From Mytilus californianus (Eukaryota): a stretch of DNA of 64,000 nucleotides. The stretch is from positions 36,518,001-36,582,000 of the forward strand of contig NW_026262690.1 in the NCBI RefSeq assembly GCF_021869535.1, given 5' to 3'. How positions within the stretch are numbered: position 1 is the first letter of the stretch; each line of letters begins with the position of its first letter. Shown one piece after another: positions 27,306 to 39,720 of the stretch. The translations under genes were made by a program, and so were the position numbers. The notes beneath the pieces were generated by a model, which was given only the letters and a program-made list of their open reading frames with translations, was not told where the DNA came from and ran no database searches.

Positions 27306-27944
27306 TGTTCAAAACTCTGTCTGTCTGATTAGGTGGTAGCATTTTCTGCTTTTGCTGTTTTATGTTTTCTCTTCCAGTGTTGATTATCTTTCTCCGTCTG
27401 TGGAAACACTACTCTGAGTTGATTGAAATCTTAAATGGAGTCCCCTGAAATCCTTTAGTTCCTGTTTTAAGCCATGGTAAGTATCATGAAGTTCATCTCT
27501 TTGTAGTTGATGATGCCTGTGTATTGTTTCGTACCTAGTATCTTTTGTTATCGATTACTTCAAGTCGTAACATCCTAATCATCATCTGTAAAATTTCTGC
27601 AAAACGCTGTTCTTTGTTTTTTACACTGCCATATACACTGCCCAAAAAATGTGGTATCTGCTCAATCTGTTTCCAATCCTTGACTCATAACCACCATAGC
27701 AGCAGATCCTGAAGGTGAGCATCTGTTCTATTGTTGTCTGCTGTAAAGTTTATATAATTTATAAGCTGATATATAAATGTTCATTTTACGTCATATCGCC
27801 AGATGTCATATGGCAAATCTCGTTTGCTGCCTCCACCTTTGGTTGGTGAGAAAATATAGTTGTTGGTTTTTCTTCTTATTATAAATGATAATAATGTTAT
27901 TTAGCGCTATACATAAATGTTGAAGACACTTTTGGAATTAGACT

Positions 27945-28481
27945 ATTTACCAGATTTGTAATAACATAAGCAACACAACGAGTGCCATATGTGGAGCAAG
28001 ATCTGCTTACCCTTCCGGAGCACCTGAGATCACCCCCAGTTTTTGGTGGGGTTCGTGTTGCTAAGTCTTTAGTTTTCTATGTTGTGTCATCTGTACTATT
28101 ATTTAGATATAAGAAGATGTGGTATGGGTGCCAATGAGACAACTCTCCATCCAAGTCAAAATTTATAAAAGTAAACCATTATAGGTCACAGTACGGTCTT
28201 CAACACGGAGCCTTGGCTCACACCGAACAGTAAGCTATAAAGGGCCCCCAAAATTACTAGTGTAAAACCATTCAAACGGGAAAACCAACGGACTAATCTA
28301 TATAAAAAACGAGAAACGAGAAACACTTATGAATCACATCAACAAACGACAACTACTGAACATCAGATTCCTGACTTAGGACAGGTGCATGTTTGTCTTT
28401 TTATTTTTGGCCATGGCGTTGTCAGTTTGTTTTTCGATCTATGAGTTTGACTGTCCCTTCGGTATCTTTCGTCCCTCTTTT
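27945..28481 (+). mobile_element. Naiad family 1 3' UTR split by an opposite-strand retroelement tail insertion (28105-28389)
   Basis: Matches the reverse complement of 30711-30975. CTGTACTATTATTT and TGTTTGTCTTTTT are nearly contiguous (separated only by GTC) in the 30.8-kb copy but separated here by 285 bp. Confidence 0.88.
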
Positions 28482-29249
28482 GGATCAGTTTATCAATATT
28501 TATGTTGTTTTTGCTAGCGTTTGCATTGAAAGGTATCCTTAAGCAATTTGAATACATTTCTCTCTGAAAGACAAATCATACTTTTACTTCCAATGGAATG
28601 TTGGTCCTTTTTTTTGAAAAATTACTTAGAAATAATCCAAATCCAAAAAATAAAGCCATCTTCACGCGTTGATATGTTGGTTTCTTGTTCAGAAATACGC
28701 TTTAATATTAAAAGAACCTCAACGTACATAAAGATGAAGCTTTGATACGGGCAGCCATTTTGAAAATGGCCATGACTTTAACATAATTTTAGTGGAAATC
28801 GGCTCTACATCTGTGCTGTGAATTTGGGACACTCAGGTGTTATCATGTGAGTTATTTTTTTTTACCTTTATTGAGTTTTATAACTATCATTTCGAGTTCA
28901 ATTAATTTACTCAGGTTTTCAGGGATATCAAATTTATTTTGATACTGATTTCATGCCATTACCAATTCAAACTCTATATACTATGTCTACCATGGTAGCT
29001 CCTCAGTGAATGTATCGCTTCATCATGCATCTTCTGTGGAACCGTCGTCCCACGTGATTTTAAAATCAATAGGTCAAATAATAAGTTCATAACAGCGCTA
29101 AATTACCAATTTGAAGAAAAACAGTTCAAAAGTTATTTATTTTATAACAAATTCAATCCTTAAATGGCCAAACTTTGACTAATACTATCCCAATCTCAAA
29201 TGACTTTGATCACAAGGACTAACGGGTAAAGAGATATGATAATCCCTTG

Positions 29250-29530
29250 AGTTCTCCCATCCGGCAATTCAACCCTTGCTTGTAGGAAAAATGCCAGGCT
29301 CTGCACGTTAAAGAAACACCGAAACAACTATTTTGGGTTCCGTAGATGGTCTTCGACAAGTGAAATTTTTGCTCCTATCCAACTTTCCCCAATTTTCCAG
29401 TTGTTGTAAAAGTTTCCATATTTCATCATAGAAGACCAGCCTATTGGATTTACTGTTTCACTCTTTTCTTGAATATGTGTAAGCATGAAATAGTTTCAAC
29501 TCGACGTTACGCAAACAACAATGAATTAAT
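29250..29530 (+). mobile_element. SINE fragment (Nin/Deu-domain-like), homologous to 59757-60190
   Basis: Shared blocks TGCACGTTAA(A)GAA, GGGT(T)CCGTA and CCTATCCAA..TTTTCCAG, and a degenerate CAAT tail. Confidence 0.55.
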
Positions 29531-30703
29531 CAAATTCGATTAAGCTATGAAAAGACAGACTCTGAAAAATGAGAAAACACTTGGTGTCTATGTCAACAAG
29601 ATTTTAATTATAAATATAAATTTTACGGAACTCACATGCTTTTCTCGTCATGAACAATTTGATAATGTGTACCTATATTTCAGGTTACTCCTGAATATAA
29701 AAAGGAGTTATACATATTGTGTCTAAAATGCAAATTACACCAATACAGTCGATCATTCACATATCTCAGTTATACTAGAGGACCAATTAAAAGGACGAAG
29801 TGACCTCAACTGACCATCAATACTAAACAGATGGATAGGGGCAGATATCTCACTTGCTAAAGTCCATCTTCAAAACCTCAAATAGTTGTTTTGTGGTTTC
29901 TTTAAGGTGCAAAGAGCGTGGCAGTTTTCTTACAATATTCATCAGATTCAATGTCTGACCGGACATTGTCGGGTATTTAGGCATCCCACACAGCAAAACA
30001 AACGCTCCTTTTTTTAAGTTTGGGATTTTCTTATTTTTTTTGCATTGAGCATCACTGAAATGCGCATCTGGTGCAGTAAAATGTGTACCGTTTATGTTAT
30101 TATTTTCTTGGATTATATGGGTCAATATCCCTAATGCGCCTCGAAATGAGGTACTCAAAAGTTGTGTGTAAACAAAAAATCTGTGTGTAGTGATATTGGA
30201 CATGTTTCTATTTTTTACAAATGACTGAGCTTAACCGTTTGTGGTGCTTAGGAAAGTAGAGGAACATAGAATAAATGTGTAAAAACTATGGAGCTATTAA
30301 ATGTGTTCAAAGTATTAAATTTTCAAAGAACTTATTGTGTTAAAAAAGGGATTATTTACCACGAGGAGCCGCATCACGAAAGGATGTTCGGGGTATGCTA
30401 ATTTACGGAAAAAGTAATCTTACTTCGTTCCCCGAAAATTTAACCACATATGTGAAAATGTCACAGCTTCGAAACGAGCTATCATACATATCCAACTTTA
30501 CGATATGGACTGAGCTATAGGAAAAAACGTTACCATTACCGCCTATGGAAAAACAATTAAAGATATTAACCCATATACTAAAGACACATTTAGTATTATA
30601 CTAAATGAGTAATCAAATCAGTTATGCCTGTCTGTATCCAGGATAAATAAGATCAGTGGTCGGTGTTGTTGAATTTTCCTGGATCTACATAGATCTTATA
30701 TTG

Positions 30704-33032
30704 AAAAAGAAAAGAGGGACGAAAGATACCAGAGGGACAGTCAAACTCATAGATCGAAAACAAACTGACAACGTCATGGCCAAAAATAAAAAGACAAACA
30801 GACAAATAATAGTACAGATGACACAACATAGAAAACTAAAGACTAAGCAACACGAACCCCACCAAAAACTGGGGGTGATCTCAGGTGCTCCGGAAGGGTA
30901 AGCAGATCCTGCTCCACATGTGGCACCCGTCGAGTTGCTTATGTTATTACAAATCCGGTAAATAGTCTAATTCGGTAAGTCACATTCGTGAAAAGGGAAG
31001 GGTATTGTAGTTACGACATAAGGAACATATCCGATATCATCTGTGAAACGGTTATTCCATAACGGTCAACCAACTCGTGATGTCGTCCGTAAAATTTACG
31101 AAGGGATGACTTCAACTTCACCATTTGGAACTCTTGGTTTAATAGCTTCCTTGTGAGCAGCAATCCTCTATCAAGGAAATCATGATAGGAAACACAAGCC
31201 CGGGAATATCGTATCAATTGGGAGATATATACTCCGTATGCAGGCGCTGCTGGAATGTTGCTACATAGAAATGGAAAGTTCACAATTGGGAAGCTGAAAT
31301 CATCTCTTTTGTCGTAAAGTTTTGTTTTCAACCGACCCTCATTGTCAATTTCTAGATGTAAGTCAAGATATGAGGCAGACTTAACTGTATCTGTAGTATC
31401 CTTTATCTCTAGTTCGATGGGATAGATTCGTTCAACATAGTCACCAAATTTTGTATTATTTAGTGAGAGAACATCATCTATATAGCGGAACGTAGAGTTA
31501 AAGGATATTGCTAACTTCTTATCTCTCTTCCTAAGAAGCTCCTGTATGAAGTCAGCCTCATAATAATAGAGAAACAAGTCGGCAAGAAGAGGGGCACAAT
31601 TGGTTCCCATTGGAATTCCGACAGTCTGTTGAAAAACACGTCCTCCAAACGTAACAAATATGTTGTCAATCAAGAAATCAAGCATCTTGATAATGTCAGT
31701 TTCAGAGAATTTTTTGTTTGAATCAGAGTGATTCTTTACAAAGTAGGATTTATCCCTCCCCAAGACAAGATACTTGTATCTACGTTCGCCATTCTTTTTA
31801 ATGAAACAAAGTAATACCAACTCTTTCAATTTGTCTTTTAGTTTGGAATGGGGAATACTTGTGTAAAGTGTAGAAAAGTCAAATGTTTTAATACTATTGC
31901 AAGATGAGAGAGTCTTAGATTGTATGTACTCTAAAAGATCTTTGGAATTTTTTAGTATCCACATCTGATTCACGCCACTTCTAGAATAGGCAGTTTCACA
32001 ATAACTTTGGAGCCCGGCTTTGATTGCTGATAAAATAGATGTTAATAATTTAGAAAGAGGTTTCGTGGAGCACTTGGAAGACCCAGCAATATACCGTTGT
32101 TTGTAAGGACACTTATGTAGTTTAGGTATCCAATACAGTGATGGAAGATCCAGTTCTTCGTCTTTGGTTGAAATTCCAAAGGAACATAGAACAGACCTAT
32201 GATTATCTAGGATTTCCTCTTTGGTAAGTGTCGTGAGGGTATATGTTGAGTTTCCAAGTGAATTGTCAATACCTAATTCATTTATCAAGCAGTTTATGTA
32301 ATGATATTTACACACAAAAACGATGTTGTTTGGGGCTTTATCTGCGGGGACAACAACATATTTGTCATGGAGGTAGGACAAGTGTCTTGCAACATTTGGG
32401 TCTTTAAAAATTGATGTAGTGTGGGTATTGATATGCCCATTTAGTTTCTTAATTCGGATTTGTATCAACGACCTCACAGCCTTAATCCACTCGGAAAGAG
32501 TATCTACGTCTTCTTTCTCGCGTTTAGCCCATTGCCTGGCATAATCCTCGACTGAATCCATCAGTATTTTGAAGTTGTATTTCCAATTGATGGATTTAGG
32601 CTCACGATATTTCGGACCTTTGGATAACAAATTTCGCAGGGAAGTGTTATCGACAATGTTGAGGTCTCCGGTAATAACGTGGCCAGCCGGATTATATGTG
32701 AATTGGGAACTAGCACAGGTGCAATCAGGAGGTTTAGACTTGAAGTCGTCAATGTTGAGATCCTGCAAAACGTGTTTGTAATTGAAAATTTTAGTTGCAA
32801 TTGGTTTGGTATAGGTATAAGAAATTATTGGTACAGACTGATCTTTAAAATAAGGAGGTATTTTCGACTGAACTAATTTATGATGAAGGATATTGCCTAA
32901 GTTGACGCCATCGAGACCTTTGTTGGCAAAGGAAAGTTTAAGAAAAGATCTTTTCTCTTTTTCATCTTTTCCAATGCGAACTGGTTTGAAAAGTCTGTGA
33001 CTTGCAATATCCGAAATAATGAAGTTTTGCAA
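30704..33032 (-). mobile_element. Naiad-clade Penelope-like element, 5'-truncated (GIY-YIG endonuclease missing)
   Basis: Contains the 673-aa ORF and a ~300-nt 3' UTR. The CxC linker N-terminal to RT is the diagnostic feature of N-terminal-EN PLEs (Naiad/Chlamys). Confidence 0.88.
31011..33032 (-). CDS. Penelope-like (Naiad) reverse transcriptase, uninterrupted but N-terminally truncated
   Basis: PPDCTCASS..GHVITGD (CxC), KTFDFSTLYTSIPH, GIPMGTNCAPLLADLFL, FRYIDDVL and YDKRDDFSFPIVNFPFLCSNIP..PAYGVYISQLIRYSRAC. The TTG start is not a real initiation codon. Confidence 0.9.
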   Translation of the reverse strand: MQNFIISDIASHRLFKPVRIGKDEKEKRSFLKLSFANKGLDGVNLGNILHHKLVQSKIPPYFKDQSVPIISYTYTKPIATKIFNYKHVLQDLNIDDFKSKPPDCTCASSQFTYNPAGHVITGDLNIVDNTSLRNLLSKGPKYREPKSINWKYNFKILMDSVEDYARQWAKREKEDVDTLSEWIKAVRSLIQIRIKKLNGHINTHTTSIFKDPNVARHLSYLHDKYVVVPADKAPNNIVFVCKYHYINCLINELGIDNSLGNSTYTLTTLTKEEILDNHRSVLCSFGISTKDEELDLPSLYWIPKLHKCPYKQRYIAGSSKCSTKPLSKLLTSILSAIKAGLQSYCETAYSRSGVNQMWILKNSKDLLEYIQSKTLSSCNSIKTFDFSTLYTSIPHSKLKDKLKELVLLCFIKKNGERRYKYLVLGRDKSYFVKNHSDSNKKFSETDIIKMLDFLIDNIFVTFGGRVFQQTVGIPMGTNCAPLLADLFLYYYEADFIQELLRKRDKKLAISFNSTFRYIDDVLSLNNTKFGDYVERIYPIELEIKDTTDTVKSASYLDLHLEIDNEGRLKTKLYDKRDDFSFPIVNFPFLCSNIPAAPAYGVYISQLIRYSRACVSYHDFLDRGLLLTRKLLNQEFQMVKLKSSLRKFYGRHHELVDRYGITVSQMISDMFLMS

Positions 33033-34926
33033 TTTAATGGTTTTTATATTATATTAATATTAAGTGTTTGCACAAAACTTTTCAAAGGTATCGCAACTAA
33101 TCCGCTTGGTTTGAATTGACTCTCATCATTGAAGACCAGGAAATGAGTTTTTCTAATTTGTTTGATCTTATTCTATACACCATTATTTAGGATACTGTAT
33201 CATGTACATCTCTGGTTGTTTAACTTCCGGAGAAGTGGGAAACACGATCTCAAATAGTATATGAATTTATAGTTTGACGCATACAGACAAATCTTAACTG
33301 ACATATTTTCTGACTTGACTGCTTAAAAAAAATAAAGTTTTAAAGAAACGTGTAAGATTGTTTGTATAAAAAGAAAATTACTTTGTGCCATATCTAAATG
33401 ATGAAGTTAAGTGCCAATCTGCCTAAGAATCATTCAGTGGTGGAAACATGACAAACAAAAACCCACTCAAGTTTACATTGATTTAAGTTTAAAATGTATA
33501 TTGATGCACGAATATAACATTCGTTTCCTTTTCCTGTTCTGGTATTTCAAGATATATTTTGGTTGAAATGCACTAGAAATTACCAATTAAGGGGAGCTAA
33601 CTCCGTAATTTGCTATCATTTTAACCAAAAATTATTTAGAGATTTCTCGAATTACCAGATGCGCAGAAACGAAAGACGTACTATTTCTTACTCAGGAGGA
33701 TGGTTACTTCAAAATAGAATGGCTAGCTCAGTGGGTTTTTTTTCAGCCATGTTTTAAAATTCGTCTAACTTTCCTGATTCTTACATAGACTGGCACTTAA
33801 AATAGCCATTTTGTTACAAGTTGTATGGACTCCATCATGACTTGATTAACTGTTGAGGATGGTGTCCACGTCTTGAAAGTTTTTTATGCACAAAAATGCA
33901 AAACATTTACTAGAATATAAGCTGAATTTGTTTAAATGTCCCTTCAATGTTTATTTTATGAAGCAACTATTGTTGCAGATGGTTTTGGTCGTTATATTAT
34001 TGAACAATCGATGTTATCAGTTGAATGAGTACGGGTCATCTACGGACCTTCTAATTAATATTACACCCAGTTCTATTGTTATACTTCACAGTTTCTATTT
34101 CTGAAACAAGTGTAAATTGAATAGATCTATTGTTACGAATAACAATGGATTTTGACCACAGGGTGTGACGAGCGGGGTTTCTGGAAACCCCTGCTTCTAC
34201 ATCCCGTAAACACAGTCCATTGTAATTCATAAAAATAGAAATTGATTATTTTTTTTAAATAGCATGAACATAAGAAATTACAAAATAGTGTTCACTACAA
34301 GTTGTTTCAAGATATTAGAAAAACACATTTTAGGAAATTCCAATAGCGAAAAAAATATTCAGCATCTATTTTGAATTAAAAAAATCCTTTAAATACTCCT
34401 TTGCTTGAAGTTAGAATTTTTGATCCTAGTCATATGTCTCTATTCTAAAGCATTGATCTAATAAAAAAAAACGTGGATTCTAACTCTCTTATGATTACCT
34501 TCATTAAACTGATACAGGTAAGTACTTTGGGTTATAATATTGCCTTTATCTTTAGTCTCTTCTACCAAATCCAACGCTTGGCTCAAAATGTAGTCCGTCT
34601 TATACCCGTCCATATTGACAACTGCATACAAGGAGCATCATGTTTTTTTTTTGTAATAAGAATCACGAAACGGTCAACCTTGACCTGCTGATCCATATTA
34701 GCACATGGATTTAACGGGAATATGCAAAACAGCAACTTTGAAATTTGTAAAATCTACTCACTTGTCAGTTTGAACGAAGATAGCTAAAGTAAGGTTACTA
34801 GTGGGGTTTCATGTAAAACAAAAACAAAAATTCTTATAAATCATGGTTTGATATTGTCAATAAATATGCTATCCGTTCTTTTTCATTTAATAATCAATGT
34901 TAACAAATATAGGGTTTAGCATCGGG

Positions 34927-35045
34927 TGTAAGTTAGTTATACACCTCGGGATACGGCGTGTCTGGATAAGAAACCCTTCCGGCCTTCGGCCGTCGGGGTT
35001 TCTTATCCAGACACACCTATCCCTCGGTGTATAACTATTACTTAT
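34927..35045. repeat. Near-perfect ~110-bp foldback palindrome (mini-MITE)
   Basis: AGTTATACACC/GGTGTATAACT and GTGTCTGGATAAGAAACCC/GGGTTTCTTATCCAGACAC arms, with a CGGCC-TTC-GGCCG apex. Confidence 0.9.
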
Positions 35046-36528
35046 ATTTTAAGATTAGCAAATAACACAAAGACACCAAGTTCATTGAGATATATAGTCA
35101 GATTAAAAATAAATGCCCTGCAATGGTCTGGTCCATAGGATATATTTATTCACAAGTTAAACCTTTCAAACTGTGGAATTTGGTTCATTTTGCTAAGAAA
35201 TATACCTTTATGTCGAAGCTTTTGTGTATTTGCATTGTTAATATTGTTTAAAACAGTATACCGCACTAGCTGAGACTTCCTTTTGATATATTCAAACTTT
35301 TCCTAAATAATTCAATATATTACAGAAAAGTGTTTTAAGTTCAAACTAGATTATTTTGTGCCGGAGCGCGTCTTTGCCTGTTGGACTTGAACGAATGAAA
35401 GGGATTACTATGGTCTAACGTGTGAGAAGCGAATTAAATATTGTCATTGGTCATTGCGTTATAGTTCAAATCTGTTGATAAATGTAATGGTATACTTTCT
35501 GACAATCGGATATCAGCCACTGCACTTTTTAGTTAAATATAAAAGAGCAACGTCATGAAAAGTTCAATATGAAATTTAAAAAAGTTAAATGCAATTATAA
35601 ATTGAAAATTTAAGTACAGTATTTCCAAACAGCATAAAGTAGATAAACGAAACAGTTTAGTTGTATATCAAGTTGTAAATAAGTTAATTGCTGGTCGTTG
35701 TTTTTGGTAAATATTTTAATATTATTGTTTTTGTCATTTTAGAATTTGTTGAGGATGGTAGATCTGAATGAAACATGAGCTACAAATGTCCGAAGCAGTC
35801 ATATTCAAGGACTGATAGGGATTTTTAAAGAAAACAAATTGAAGATGGTGCTCTAAAAGATATGATATTCCCAGTCTTTATTATTAGTTATAACTATGCA
35901 AAAAGCACATATAAACATAAGAATAGGAGATCACGAAAATATCAGTACGTGAAAATATAATTTCAAAAGGACAAAGATCAAAACATGACCTATTTTTAAC
36001 TATATTGTATTATATGTTTTCAAAAGTAGCTGTGAACTAGGTCTGATTTTATATATATATATATAACAATACTACTAATATCACGATTATATGGCTTTTT
36101 CAAAAGATAATTGTATGCCTCCCTCACTGTATTTATTAGCAGGGTCTCAATATGGGACGCTTTTTTTCTGTTTTATTCTTACTTTCATTGTAAGTTTAAA
36201 TCCAGTCTACCTTTATGTATTGTATGGAAATACAAAAATAGAAAATATAAATGACTTGTAAGAATACATGACACTGATCTTGTAAATAAAAAATATGTAT
36301 AAATTATTTTAACATGTTTGACACACTTTAAAATCATAACCATGCGGTCATGTTGTATTTAAAATGTAATAACTCAGTATTTACCTATTAATTGATAAAT
36401 CTCATCTTTGTTGAGTTTTTTTTACACTGAGTTATAATTATTATGCAGCATCAGAGAGGGTCTGTTATATTATTATTGTATCTTCTAGCCAAAGACACCG
36501 TTTTGGCTTACATCGCTCTGAATATATA

Positions 36529-37497
36529 TGTAGGACTCAAATCTATGGTGGGTTCCAAATCTATGGCAGATTCCTAATCTATGGCAAATATGACGTCATG
36601 ACATCCCAAATCTATGGCAGATTTTTTACAATCCTAATCTATGGCAAGTTTTGTAGTTTCCTAATCTATGGTGGATTTTGTTCAAATGGAAAACAATGCA
36701 GTACATATACGATCAATGACTTTTCTTAAACAAGTGGACATATACGACAACGGAAGCATGTCTATAAACATTTGTGAAATAAACATTCCATAATGGTCAA
36801 CCAAATCGTGATTTCAAACAAAACATTTCGTAAATGATGAATTCATATAACTTAATACAGACTTCAAGATTGAAATGATGTGCCCCGTAAAAATAAACAT
36901 TTTTTAATCTGTGCATAGTACCTGTTTAACTAATTCATTAAACCAACTAGTAAGTCCCTTAACAAACAAGAAGGCAGGTTTTTATAAAAAAAAATATATA
37001 TAAATAAAAATGAACAGTTTGAATTTTCACATAATGTTATTTCAACGTTAATACTTTTTTTTCTTTATGACGATTTAAATCAAATTGGTATCCGGTAATT
37101 TAATCTTTCAATTTATAAACTTTGCCAGCCGTAAAATATTTATTATAACTCCTTTTCTAAAATATCCGGTACTGAAAACAGCGGTGTACTTATTCATTGC
37201 GGGCTTCGGCCGGTACCGCACATTTTGTCCCTCTTTCCGATAATAGGTCACATCTTCCTTTAAACCATCCGCAAATTGTTTAAAAATGTTCAAATCTATG
37301 GGTTCCGCAATCGTAAGCGGCGGCGACGATGTAATATGGCGTTTTTCAATTGTGACGTTATGAAAAGGTCTGCCATAGATTTGGAGAAAACAAAAATCTG
37401 CCATAGATTTGATTTGTTTGACTTTTGTAACGTCACTTTTGCCATAGATTAGGAATCTGCCATAGATTTGGAACCCGCCATAGATTTGAGTCCTACA
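36529..37497. mobile_element. Non-autonomous DNA transposon (969 bp), ~60-bp TIRs, TG..CA ends, inserted in TATATA
   Basis: TGTAGGACTCAAATCTATGG(T/C)GGGTTCCAAATCTATGGCAGATTCCTAATCTATGGCAAA at both ends (1 mismatch). TATATA on both flanks; AATCTATGGC subrepeats. Confidence 0.9.
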
Positions 37498-39149
37498 TAT
37501 ATAAAATGGACAAGAAATGATATCTATAAATATAGTCGCTACCCTAGTTGAACAAAATTATATAAATATTTATAAATGTATATTAATATGTCTTGTAATC
37601 AAGAAATCAACAAAACATTGGAAATCAGTGTCAAACTACTGAATACTGGTGAGGAGTTGATACCATCAGAGCTATACAGTGAGAAAGAAATATAATTCAT
37701 AAAGGATAATATGTTAAAAGATTAAGGGTATTTCATTAATATCCATTTTGAGCATTATTCGATGATATTTAATGATCTTATCCTTTTCAATTAACAAGTA
37801 TTGGTGTCTAAAATTAAAATAAATGTCTCATTCAAAAGTAATATCAATCTGATACGCAACTTATGTCCAATTTGGAATATAATTTACATGAACACTAGCT
37901 CGGAGTCAATTTTAAATGAACTCACAGGGAGAAAGCTTTCAATCAAAATATTCTAAAATGTTTTAGGTTAATTTGCTTTAGGGAATAGGAATTTGAGTCG
38001 TAATAGTAAGACATTAAAAAATTAGACTTAATATAATTGTGCCTTATAATACGTCCGATGACGAAACATTGGCTACCTGGTGGATGACCATGGTATTCTT
38101 CTTAATTAACAGTTAACCTTGTCCAATGTCAACCCGGCGACAGCATGTCAAAGTATAAGATAATACGTCAACTGTTAGCTTGTAATTATAACATTAATTA
38201 CTTGACATTTCGATATTGACCTTGGCATCATTATAGGTCCTACCATTGGTCTTTGAATTCCGAAGCTGGATATGGATATGAAATAGGCAAGATATAACAT
38301 ATACCTATAAATAATCATATCAATTTGCCACTGCAACAGCTACAAAACATTAAGAACATTAATTGTGAAGCATTTCCTCAAATGATTATAACTTCAACCT
38401 TTTGTGTTAATGATTGTAATGTGATACTTTTGTATTCTAAATCGTGATCATATGTGTATAAATTTAAAATACTCTTTCATGAGACCAGAATTCACAATGC
38501 TCCCAACATCACGAATTTGTGACATGTGTGTTCAACAATAATTCTTAACATTCTGTACAATTTTGTGTTTAAGGTGTATATATGGGACATTCATATATTT
38601 CATTCTTCTTATATTTGTTTTGTAAACAGACATTGCTTAATTCTAAAAAAACTACACAACACTGGTCATATTGATAAACAAGGTGATTTTTAATTATGCC
38701 AATTTATGTGACCACCAAACTTGTTCACCACAAACTAATCTCTGTCACAGTTCCAACATACACAAAACATCCGTAGATTAATTAATAACAATTTAATAAT
38801 TCGTTGCATCAAACAACACCTTCGAATTTATCTATTTTCACATTATCTTAAATTTTAAGAATGTTTGATGTATTTTTTCCATTAAATATATATTGAAGAA
38901 GGCTATCATTTTGAATTGCTAGTACAAATTTATTACTTGTGATAAAACACAACCATGAACATAGACTGTATAGTAGAGACTGTATGAAGACCGGAAATAT
39001 TGGTGTGAAAGTTATGAATTTTGCATCCATTCGGCTTGCTTATATTTTTCTCTTAATGGAATTAATAGAAATACGAAGATGTGGTATGAGTGCCAATGAG
39101 ACAACTCTCCATCCAAGTCACAATGTGTAAAAAGTAAAAAATTATTATT

Positions 39150-39720
39150 GTAAATAATAAGGATGTTCTTGTCCCAGGCAGAAAATCCTGGCCGTGTTAG
39201 GCGCAACTTTTTGAAGTTTTGGTCCTCGGTGCTCTTCAGCTTTGTACTTGATTTGGCTTTCAAACTTTTTTTATCTGAGCGTCACTGGTTAGTCTTGTGT
39301 GGACGAGACGCACGTCTGGCGTATTGAATTTTAAGCCTAGTACCTTCTGCTAGCTATTATTCGTGTGTTTCTTTGTCCTATATGTTCTCCCATTTATTTG
39401 TATTGTGGTCCTGTCATGTGATGTTGTCGTTTTGGTGTTGTGTTTGACGTTGCCATAAAAGCGGGAGGTTTGGCATGCCACAAAACCAGGTTCAACCCAC
39501 CATTGTTTTCTTAAAATGTCCTGTACCAAGTCAGGAAATTGACCATTGTTATATTATAGTTCGTTTCTGTGTGTGTTACATTTTAATGTTGTGTTTTGTT
39601 GTGTCGTTGTTCTCCTCTTATATTTGATGCGTTTCCCTCAGTTTTAGTTTATAACCCGGATTTGTTTTTATCTCTATCGATTTATGAGTTTCGAACAGCG
39701 GTATACTACTGTTGTCTTTG
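39150..39720 (+). mobile_element. Retrozyme-type repeat with degenerate type I hammerhead (39280-39321) fused to a Naiad-like 3' tail
   Basis: CGTCA-CTGGTTA-GTC ttgtgtg GAC-GAGA-CGCAC-GTC-TGGCG has the hammerhead layout with a mutated core. The tail AAAACCAGGTTCAA...CCTGTACCAAGTCAGGAA matches the reverse complement of 26360-26425. Confidence 0.7.

Noticed and set aside
27340-27800. Possible coding sequence on either strand
   Set aside because: Multiple stops in all frames and no identifiable motif.
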